Below, one piece after another: positions 22,188-33,500 of a stretch of DNA of 64,000 bases. Below the pieces are notes generated by a model. It had not been told where the DNA came from. It made no database searches and was given only the letters and a program-made list of their open reading frames with translations. The stretch is from Geosiphon pyriformis uo1 (taxonomy: Eukaryota > Fungi > Glomeromycota), in NCBI GenBank assembly GCA_016748015.1, contig JAAOMT010000703.1:1-64000 (forward strand). The letters run 5' to 3'. Position 1 is the first letter of the stretch. Each line of letters starts with the position of its first letter. The position numbers and the translations under genes were made by a program.

Positions 22188-24740
22188 ATATCTATTATTA
22201 TTCAACAAATTTTCGAATCAAATAAATAAATTTGCAAAGAAAATAGAATTTTAATTCCAAATATTTATTTGCCAAAAGAGTTAAAAAATTCAAAGTTATT
22301 TTTTACAATTTTAACAATTATCTTGTTATATTAAATAGCCACTTAAAAATTGGAATTATTTATAGTAATATTTTTTAAGAAGAATTCAAATAATTTCAAA
22401 CTTTACAGAAATAATTGAACATTTTCTCCTGAAAATTAACATCACTTTGATTAGTAAAAATTATATATTGTTATTAAAAAACAATTTTAAATCAACATAA
22501 GACAATTAAAACTACATTAACAAAAACAACTTCAAAAATTAATTGTAAAATATGTAAACATATTTACTAAAAACAACAATAATTTAAGAAAAACTAATTT
22601 AGCTTAATATTAAATTCATACTAGAAATACTAAACCAAAATACCAACAAACTTATTGAGTCTTATCTGTTAGCCAACAATTTATTAAAAAAAAGTTTAAT
22701 AAATATTAAATAATAAGCTTATTTAACTATTAATAAGTCTATAAGCTTTACCAATAGTTTTTATCAAAAAAAAAATCACTTTTATATTAACTATTATCAA
22801 CTAAATAGTGTTATAATAAAAAACATTTATCTTTTATCTTAAATTAATAATATGTTAAATGCTTTTAACAAATCAAAATACTTCTTAATTTAAATTTAGA
22901 AAGTAGATACTGACAAGTTGCTATAAATTTTAAAAACTACCCGAAAACAGCTTTTACTATCTAAAAAAAATTACAAGTTTAATATAATGCTTTTTAAATT
23001 ATGTAATACACTAATAATATTTTAGAAGCTTATAAATATTGTTTATGCTGAACTTCTTTGAAAATTAGCAGTTGTTTATTTTAATAATACTAATATCTAT
23101 TTATTATCATTTAAAATCTATTTAGTTTATCTGTAAAAATTTTTTTAATAATTACAAAAGCAAAATTAAAGCTAAATATTAAAAAATATTATTTCAAAAA
23201 GACCAGCTTGGCCTTTTTGAGTTATATTGTCAGTAAAAAAAAAGTCAAATTTGATCCAAAAAAAATTAATGTTGTTAAAATTTCAAAATTTTTCAAAATA
23301 CTTTTGAATTAAGAGGATTTACAAGATTAGCATTTATTATTAAAAGTTTATTAAAGGATTTTCAAAAATTGTCAAATCACTTAACTATCTAATCAACAAA
23401 AATATCGAATACAAATAAACTTAAAAACAACAAATTGTATTTATTACACTAAAAAAAACTAATAATTGTTTTAATTTTAGTCAATTTTAACTTTAACAAA
23501 AAATTTCAACTAATTATTGATGTTTTTTATATAGTTTTTGGTACTATTTTATTTTAATTAAATAACAATAACAATAAAAGAATAATTATTTATGTTAACA
23601 AAACATTAAAGCCAGCAAAAAAAATTATTTTGTCACTAAATTAAAAACAGCAGTCATAATTTAGGTTTTTTATTATTTTGACTTGCACCTTGGACTTAAA
23701 AAATTCGATATTATTATTAATAATATTAGATTTAAATAACTTTAAAATAAAAATTCAAAGTTAAATGCCAAACAAATTTAATAAACTGGATTTTTTGCAA
23801 AATACAAATACATTATATATTACAAACCAAAAAAGCTTTACACCAATATTAATTGTTTCTTAAAAATAAAACAAGATTAAAAAAAATATTATATACTATT
23901 TAATTAAGTAAACAGCAATAAAACAATAAACCAATAGATTCTGAAAATTACAATAAACTTAAACAATATTTAAAGATACTTATAATACCAGAAATTTGAT
24001 TTTTAAGCAAAAAAAATCGGCTATAATATTAAACAAAACAATATTTCTTATACAATAATTTTATTTATTACTAAAACTACAAAAATTTAAATAATTCATT
24101 CTAAATAATTCAAAACATAAAAAAAAACAATTTGTTATTAGTATATCTTAAAAAAAATAACACAATTTAAAGAATATTAAAACACTATTTTTGGTTCTAA
24201 ATAAAAAACAATATTTATTAATATATTAAATTATATCATAATTGTTAAAAAAAAAGAAACATACTTTATATAACTCTTAAATCCAATTAAAGTTGAACAA
24301 TTCTTTAATTAAGTTGGTATTAATTTAATTAAATTACAATTTATTACAGCTTAAAAAACTAATATATTGTAATTGTAATATACTATTTGATAAAATAGTC
24401 TAAAGCAAAAGTTATTTAACAAACAGATACAAAATTAGTAGCAAATTTTATCTATAAAAATATTATTTATAGATATAAATATCTAATTAAACTTTTATCT
24501 AACTAAAAAACTCATTTTGTAAATAATTTAATACAAAAAATTTGTGAATAATTTAATATTAAAAAACTTTTATTTTTGTTTTATTATTTATAAATAATAG
24601 ATTTATAAAATATTTCAACAAAACATTATGTAAATTATTAATAAAAATTTTAACAAATTTTGAACAAAAATAAAATATTTTTATTTTATTAATATTATTA
24701 ACATATAGAACACTAAAACAAAATACAATAAAACATATAC
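22188..24740 (+). mobile_element. Element X: heavily degraded B-family pol (RT, RH, IN)
   Basis: Collinear with the reverse complement of B 2830-5440. Confidence 0.85.
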
Positions 24741-24783
24741 TTCTAAGTTTTTGGTAGGTGGTTTGTTTTCTGAAGTTGACTGG
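24741..24783 (+). mobile_element. Short LINE ORF2 fragment preceding element D
   Basis: Translates SKFLVGGLFSEVDW, like FRFLVSSMYSDVDW in the LINE at ~31270-31310. Confidence 0.6.
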
Positions 24784-24854
24784 TGTTACTCATAGAAATA
24801 TAGGAAATATATTAGCATAATTATTAGCCAATCAGAAGTAAGCATAGTAAATGT

Positions 24855-25020
24855 GGAATTCCAGGATTCCTCTCAGGAATTGCAGGATTTCAGGAATTTC
24901 AGGATTCCTGATGAGGAATTGCAGGATTCCAGGATTCCAGGATTCCTCTCAAAGAAATCACAGGATTCTAGGAATTCCAGGATTTCTGTTGTGAAGAATC
25001 GAGGAATTGAGGAATCTCAA
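24855..25020 (+). repeat. Tandem GGAATTCCAGGATTCC-like repeats in the LTR of D
   Basis: About 9-bp units seen directly; a decayed counterpart lies at ~50330-50405 (-). Confidence 0.85.
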
Positions 25021-25730
25021 TTATGTATATATAGCAGTAGTGTTAAAAACAGAAAAAACAGAATCGATACCACAGAATCCTTAGCCTAAAAAACACAATC
25101 ATCAAATAAATAATTATTCCATATCTCAACCCACTCTCCACTATCAACACTTCATGTTGATAGTAATTGATACTTAACCACGCTAGAACAATAGCTCTTG
25201 ATCACGACTATTGATGGAATACTAATCTGCAAAATTGTCTTGGCTTATTTCTTTCTTTCTTTATTTTTCTTTTATTTCTTTTTCTTTATTTTATTTTTGA
25301 TTTGTTGTATACTAACTGATTAAAAGGATTAAGCGCTAAGTTATTGACATCAAGGATAGTCTGGTAAAAGACCCAGAAATAAGGGTAGAATTTTATATAT
25401 TATCAGATAGCTTACCAGAAGGGCACGACTGCCAGACTAAATCTGGCCACCATGCTGAGAAAGAAATTGGGAAAACTCTTGGAAAGATACATCTATTATT
25501 GATACTATTGAATCTCTGTCCATTATACAAAGAACTCAACCAAAATCTTCAGACCCATCAAAATCTTCAGATACAATACTTACAGAATATCATCAACAGA
25601 AATAGCTTTTGAGCACCAAGTTACAGGTTTGTTATTTAATTCAACCGCAGAAATAATCACCTGTAACATTTGGTGTTCCCTATGAGGTATAATCCTACAG
25701 AGAACCAGCACTGACAACACTAAACCAAAA

Positions 25731-27779
25731 GTGGCAGAATCAGAAACTATAGGAGCAAACCATTTAGAATTCGCAAAATTCTTATTTCAACACTATTGTC
25801 AATACTTGGGATTAAACCACAATCATATATCTACTGAATCAGCCTTCAATTTTTACGTCAATGAAAAGATTTCTTTTTTATTAGGAACACTAGTAAATAC
25901 TGAATCAGCAAGGGAAACTTTCTATAGGGAATTAATTCAAAATACCAATCTGCCAACAAATCATAATTTTGCATCCATCATCACTGAGATCAACAAAAAA
26001 ATTGAACATCACACTCAACAAAGATACCCAATTACATACGCTAATAAAGGCAAAGGAAAATTACAAACACCAGCAGTAACACCCAGAAAGATACAGCCAC
26101 CTGCTTGGAAGAAAAACAGAGTTGAATCTCCAAGCAACCCATCCTACTACTATACACCTGGAAGCGCCATCAACATATTAGCAACAGATGCGTTCACATC
26201 AATTACGACATCAGCATTTGGACAATTCCCATTCTAAAGTAGACAAAGAAAAACAGAATTGTTAGGACTATATGGCGAGTATTTTGAGGGATTTAATTTG
26301 CAATCATCAACCCCATCAGGACTTTGATCACCATCACCTCCACCAGATTTTGGAATCTCTGATTCGTGAGAAGCAGTGGAATCAGAAAAGGAGGAAGAAG
26401 AATCAGAGGATTAAGAATTCACTTACCAGCACCCAATCACTGAAAACCCGGAAGTTGAAATCCTAAACCTTCAAACTCAGCAACAGTTAGAAAATCCGGA
26501 AATCAAAACTCTGAATATTCGAATGCCGCCAAATCAAAGAAATCAAGAACCCAAATTAATTAATCAACAAAACTTACCTCCAGTAATTGTCATCAATCAA
26601 CTGCCAATTAATCCCATAGCCGAATCCATACAACAGTCACTTCAGCTACCACCTCAACAGCCAGGACAACAACAACTGTTTCAACAGCCACCACAACCAC
26701 CTAACTTAGATCCAATGGCCTACACACCAATCGCAAAACTTGACAACTTTACTGGCAAAGAGGATGATGCTTAAATATGGCTGAACGATGTAGAAAAAGC
26801 CATCGCAGCCAACAGATAGAATGACGCACGAGCAATGCAAGCCATTCCCTACTTTCTTAAGGATACTGCCGATTCATGATATCAGAGCTTGATTAATAAA
26901 CCACAAGATTTCAATGCCTTCAAAGTGGAATTTCTGAGATACTTCAGCAACAATAATAGCATCAATTGCCTAGTTAATGCATTCACCACCATAAAACAAG
27001 GAGAAACTGAAGCAGTCACCACTTACCTGGGACGCTTCCATCAAAACTTATGCCAAATTCAAGCAATTGACACCAATTATTTCACAGCACCACAGATACT
27101 CAATCAGTTTATCCGTGGCCTGCGCAGCAGCATCTTGCAACATGTATGTCCATTGCATCCTGGCACGCTTCAAGACGCAGTCACACGCGCCAGAGATTTT
27201 GAATCTGCCGAGTCAGAGGCTAACCATGTCCAAGCCATTAATCTAATCATAAACGGATCATCTGAATTGGATTCCAAATTGGAGAAGTTCAGTAAATCAA
27301 TTAATAAGAGATTGGAAGGATACTTAGCTGACAATCACACTATTTATCAGTCTCCACAATGACGCAATAATCAAGGAAACTCTAATTGTGGCCAAAATCA
27401 ACCACGCCCATCTTCATCAACCAATCAACAGTGGCAACAAAAAATGCGTATCTGCCACTATTGTGGGAAACAAGAACATATCCAAATTGACTGTTGTCAG
27501 TGTCTAAATAATCAACGATTGGGAAATCAATATCGAAACCCCAATCACTGGTTCCAAACTCTGAATCATTATCCAAATCGGAATTAAAACCAATATTGAA
27601 ATAATTACCTGCCCATGATGCAGCAACCAATCTATCACCCGCCAGTGTATCAACCTCCAATTCATCAGCCACAGCTACAAGTAATATATTAACTATAGCC
27701 ACAAATTATCTATTAACCCCAACCAATTCAAACACCAACCCAGAACCCAGCTCAAATGACATTAGGCAACCCTTGATCT
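25731..27779 (+). pseudogene. D gag, ~680 codons in one frame with nonsense mutations only
   Basis: ORFs at 25731, 26523 and 26889 share a frame; capsid-like QILNQFIRGL; zinc knuckle CHYCGKQEHIQIDC at 27453-27494. Confidence 0.92.
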
Positions 27780-28910
27780 ACAACTAAAATACTTTGATAA
27801 TAATAATTAAGAAATTAAACCAGAAAAAACTTATAATATTGATACTAAATATGACTTATAATATTCAAAAAAAAAATACTTTGGTTTTTTAACTAAAGTT
27901 TTTAACAAAAATTAATTTTAAAATTGCCATTAAAATTTTATTAAAAGCAATAATTCAAATTGTTTTTTGATTATTGTTGGCAAACAAAAAAATTAACATT
28001 AGAAAAAGAGTTATAGATACAAAATATACAAGAAATATTATTATTATGTTATAAAATAAAACTAAAAAAATTGTTCAAGCAATTTATTTATGCTTAATTA
28101 ATATCTTAGGCTTACAATTAATAAATAATAAAGATTAATTAAACAAAAATAACAGAAAAATTCAAAATTTTGGTTTAATTAAACGATTTACAATTCTAGT
28201 AAACATAGCTCTTAATATACAGAATAATTTTATCAGATTTTTTGACTTTTATAACTAATTATTATTTTATTTTTTGAAAAATATCAAGAAATCTAAATCT
28301 ATTTAAAATTGATTATCATCTAAGAAATCTTTAAATTCAATGAACAAATTTACAAAAACCATAATATTTTAATTTCTAATATTTATATTTCTAAAAAAAT
28401 AAAGAAATTTTAAATTATTTTTTACAATCTCAACAATTATTTTATTATTTTATTAAATAATTTAGAAATTAAAATTATACATAATAATATTTTCTAAAAT
28501 AAAACTTCTTAAACTGTTTTTAATTTTATCAAAATTGTAAAACATATTTTTTTCTTAAACTTTAATATTTTTTTTAGCACTAAAAAACTATTATTTTATC
28601 AAAAAAAAACTTGCTTAAATCAACATAAATATCCTAAAATCTTAATAGTAAAGACAATTGAAACAATTTATTATTAAATACACTGAAATTTTTACCAAAA
28701 ATAATAATAATTTAGGAAAAACTGATATAGTTTAATATCAGATTCACACAAAAGATATTTTACCAAAATTCTAACAAATTTACTAAATTTTATCTGTCAA
28801 CTATCAATTTATTAGAAAAAAAGTACAACAAGTACTTACCAATAGACTTATTTAATTATTTTAAAGTTTATAAACTTTATTAATTATTTTTACAAAAAAA
28901 CAATCCAATT

Positions 28911-29761
28911 TTTTTTTTTTAATGTTTAACAAGTAAAATTCAAATACTGCCTAGTATAATACATCATATAAATGATTTAAAATAGGTGTGAATCATGCAT
29001 TTTCTATACATAACCAGCTATTCAGGCTAATTAAAACAACACTAAGTACTTATATAAACAAAGATTGTATCCTCTATACCTGAAAAAAACAAACAAGATT
29101 TATGAAATCCGAAATCTACACTTACTGTCTCAGCTACACCCAATAATTTAATCATGCCAGCTGAAAAAATTAAAGAAAAACCCAATACCAAAACAGGAAT
29201 AGAACTATCATATGGAATCAAACTATTTTTTTTCATAAAAGCATGGTGCTTGGCACACATCAACCAGATATTCTCCCAGAATACAAAACAGAATTTACAC
29301 ACAAAATCCACAATATGTTGACTTGCAATCTTAGAATTTTTGAAAACTAAAACAGACTTATGATACCAATTATTAAAAACAAAACTCTTAGACAGTATTG
29401 TGCTTACTACAACATTGGAAACACAAATAGACAACAATTGTAAAACACAAAAAGAAGAACAAAGTAAATTAAAGTGCATATCCCAAACAGATACATAAGT
29501 ATTTAACAATTGAGCATGACCAGCAACATCAAATGAACAGAAAAAGGCATGGTTGGATACCTCAACATTACTACAGAACAAGCAAACCACACTGTGGTAA
29601 CACTTATTATATAATTACTTATGCACAACAACAAAAAGCTGATAATAAAAAGCTTTTATAAAATACATTTGGGAATCAGCAGTCTGTTTACTAGTGAAAT
29701 TAGCTACCAAGTAAGAATTAAGATGCCACACTAAAGATGATCTGAACCAATTAATCTCTAT
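28911..29761 (-). mobile_element. 5'-truncated LINE (C-terminal CCHC, 3' UTR, poly-A)
   Basis: CLFCSNVEVSNHAFFC; poly-T at left; TSD ATCCAATT/ATCTAATT. Confidence 0.9.
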
Positions 29762-30559
29762 ATCTAATTTTGTGTTAACTATTATTAACTAAATAGTATT
29801 ATAATTGGAGATATTTATTTCCTATCAAAAATTAACAATATGTTAAATTTTCTAAAAAAGCCAAGTTTTTTTAACTTTAAATTTAGAAAACAAATACTGA
29901 CAAGTTAAAATAAACTCTAATAATTACTTCAAAACAGTATTTACTACTCAAAAAAAATCATGAATTTAATATAATGTTTTTTAAATTTTGCAATATATTA
30001 GCAACATTTAAACAACTTATAAATATTGTTTACAAAAGACTTCTATAACAATCAGTAATTGTTTATTTTAATAATACAAATGTTTACTTTTCAATATTTG
30101 AAGCTCATTTAATTTATTTGCAAAAAGTTTTTTATGATTATAAAAAACAGAATTAAAATTAAAATATTATTTTGAAAAAATAAGTTTGGTCTTTTTAAAT
30201 TATATTATTAGTAAAGATAAAGTCAACCAAGATTTAGAAAAAATTAGTGTTGTCTAAAACTTAAAAGTTCTTTGAAACATTACTAAATTAAAAAAATTTA
30301 CCAAATTAGCTTTCTACTACTAAAAATTTATTTAAAATTGCCAAACAATTCAACTATTTAACCAACAATAATATTAAATATTAATAGATTTCTATTTAAT
30401 AAAAAACTTTTAATATCTTAAAAATAAATTTTTTTTTATTTGCTTAATGAGTGCAGTTCAAACACTACCTAGAATAATACATCAAAAAAATGATCTAAAC
30501 TAGGTGTGAATCATGTATTTTCCATATGCAACCAGCCATTCTGGCTAATCAGGACAATA

Positions 30560-33500
30560 CTATGCAAATATGTGTACCAAAACAGAGACACCAATGCCTA
30601 AAAAAAATGAACAATGCTTATAATAACCAAAACTTACACCAAATGCCTTAACAATATCAAGCAACTTGACTATACCAGCTGAGAACCCTAAAGCCAAACC
30701 AGAAACCGAAACAACAGCCAAACCATCCAATGAGATCAGCCTTTTCTTTTCTATGTAGGCCCAATGTTTGGTACAAACTAGCCAGATGTTATTCTTAAAA
30801 GCAAAACATAGAGAATACACAAACTCAACAATCTTTACACCAGCAATTTTGGGATTATAAAAGACAGAGACAGCTTCCCAAAGCCAGTCATTAAAAATAA
30901 AACCCTTATAGAAAGCCATAAACACAGAGATATCAGAAGTGCATGACAACAAAAGCTGTAAAACATATGAAAAAGATTGAGATAGGCCAGAAATTGACCT
31001 TTAGGAAGCCACATGGGTATTTAGTATCTGTTAACAAGTAGAGCTATTAGTGTCACATAAGAAAACATGATCTAATATCTCCACAAAACCACAATATAAA
31101 CACAGCATACTGGGGTAGCTTCTGTTATAAAAATGTTTCTGAACTACAACAAACAGTCAATAATGCAAAGCTTTTATGAAATAAGTGCATGTATCAACCA
31201 TCAATCTGCTAGTAAAACTGGTGGCCATGTGCAAATCAGGCTGCCATAACAATGAGGAGCTGTGCCAATCTACATCCGAATACATACTACTAACCAAAAA
31301 CCTGAAACCAGAACCAACCTCCCAATAAACACAACTAATGAAATAAAAAACATCATGAACAAAATGTCTCAAGTTACCAAAAACAACACAACTATTAGTC
31401 ACTAAAAAGCATTTTACTAAGTAGAGAGAAAAACACCATTCAGAGAAAAAGGTAACATCAGCAATTATATTAGCTTGCTCATTCCCAAAGACTCCAAAAT
31501 GGTCCTTTATCTTATGCCAAGTGACCCTTAAATTCTTATCACAAATAACATTCACAATGTGTTAATGTTGTTACCAGAAGATTTTCACACTTTTCAATGC
31601 AAAAATTACAACACATACAATAGAAATTAACATCAAAATCATGCAAAAAAGACCTATATTATCACACTTAATCAACAAAATCAGCCGGCAATCTGAAAAT
31701 AAATAATCAACAATCAATCCAATTACAACAAAGAAATATGACACAATCCAACAGTTTAACTAAGTTGGATACAAAAAAATCTTGGCAAACTAAGAAACAC
31801 CAATGGAAATAAATGATTGATGTATGTAATTAGATAACAACAGGCTTTGTTATGCTTCAAAATTCTTATATGTCCTTATTAGAACAATCTAACATTCCAG
31901 ATTTGTGATTAATAGTTAAAAGTAGTTACCAAGAAATGTAATCAATTAATCTACTTCTGATTATGTTGATCATAATTACAATTAATATCATTAATTAACA
32001 ATTAATGTTTTAGTTCCAGCCATTTAAATTTGATCATCTAAAATCACTAGCTCTAAGAAAATAACATGCCAAGTAAAGCTTATCATAAATTGATTAAATT
32101 AAAATGTATAAATAATTGATGTATTTTAAATAGTCTTAATATAGTATATAGATCTGACATAATTTAGCTATATACAGCCTCTCTGTCAGCTCAGGAAAGC
32201 ATTAGTTCAATACTAAGCCAACTCTTTGCTATAGTTTTATAGTGAGCAATTAGTCTTTTTCTCTACTTTTCATACTTTCTTTCCCTTTTTCTATGCTCCA
32301 AATACTTGTCATCACAATTTCAAGTATGTCTTCTCATATTCTTTATCACTATTTGGAATCATGTTGTTTATAATCTTTTACTTACTTGTTATCACCATTT
32401 CAAGTTGTTCTATTATTTTTGATCTTTTAAATCATGTGTTATCACTATTTCATATTAAGTCTTGTTTTATCAAACAAGTTGTTAAATATAAAAATAAGTA
32501 ATAAAGTATCACATTGTTAGAGAGTGGTTTTAACAATAAAAAGTTTAAGCAAAATTTATTTCAATTATGTTTGACTTTCATAATTTCTTTTATAATTCTT
32601 ATAACTTCATTTTCAAAGCAGGCATTTGAACATCACACCCTTTTGATAACTAATTGCAAGAATTCTGGTTACAATTTTATTAAGTAGCTTTGGTTTTTCC
32701 TTGTTGTTTGTTGTGTTTCTAATACATATAAAGAGATGTGACTTCTTTTTCTCTTTTTAAAATATCTAAGACTGGTTCTTGCCCAAAAACAAATAATAAT
32801 GACAATACTTTCTTTCATTTTTAATGACTTTATCATGTACTCCTTTCTGCTCTCTCACTTACTGAAATAGTCTATACACCCATGATATGCTATAGTTAGT
32901 AGCATAATTATGGTAATATGTGTTACCAGTTGAACTAAGAAATGTTTTTAAATACTGACAAAAACTATTGGTAACAACATTCAACCCAATAATGATTGCA
33001 AAAATCCAGACATTCCAGATCCAATTCCAATTCAAAAACATTCAAAGCAGATTGACTATCCGAAAACAGATGAACAAAACTAAAAGAGGAAACACACTCC
33101 AGGGCCAACACAATAACATGCATTTCCACCAAAGTAAATAACATCAAACTCGAAACTCCAACACCTAAACCCAAATTAATGTTCTCAAAAAAGACTCCAG
33201 CACCAGTTTTTCTGTCTACTGAGCCCAAGTTTTTCAAAGACCCATTTGTATATACAGAAATACTGTCAGAAGTGACCCGAGAAAGCCGATTATAAATAGA
33301 AACAAACTTATCAGACTTAAAAATACTCAGAGCACTAATACCATCCAAAACAGAAAAATGAATAACAGAGAAAGACACACCATTGAGAAAGGCAACGGAA
33401 AGCTTAAACCACTCAAGAACAGAGCCATGGAAGTCCAATCTCTTCCACTGCTTAAAAATATACCAATTAAGTATAGTACTGTAACAATCACAAAGCTGAT

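Larger units (their letters stand above)
24784..27779 (+). mobile_element. Ty3/gypsy element D (least mutated; truncated after gag)
   Basis: LTR 24784-25668 (TGTTAC...GTAACA); PBS 25671-25687 TGGTGTTCCCTATGAGG. Confidence 0.92.

Noticed and set aside
24908-24960. Hammerhead core CTGATGA...GAAA
   Set aside because: It lies within a tandem repeat; GAAA does not abut stem II and stems I and III are not evident
24853-25089. 78-aa ORF or CRISPR-like array
   Set aside because: Translation of an LTR minisatellite; no spacers and no cas genes
25355-25425. Hairpin ribozyme (AGUC opposite AGAA) or group I intron core (GATAGTC/AGACTA)
   Set aside because: The helix register is off by one, there is no helix 2 or convincing loop B, and the group I-like words are in the wrong order
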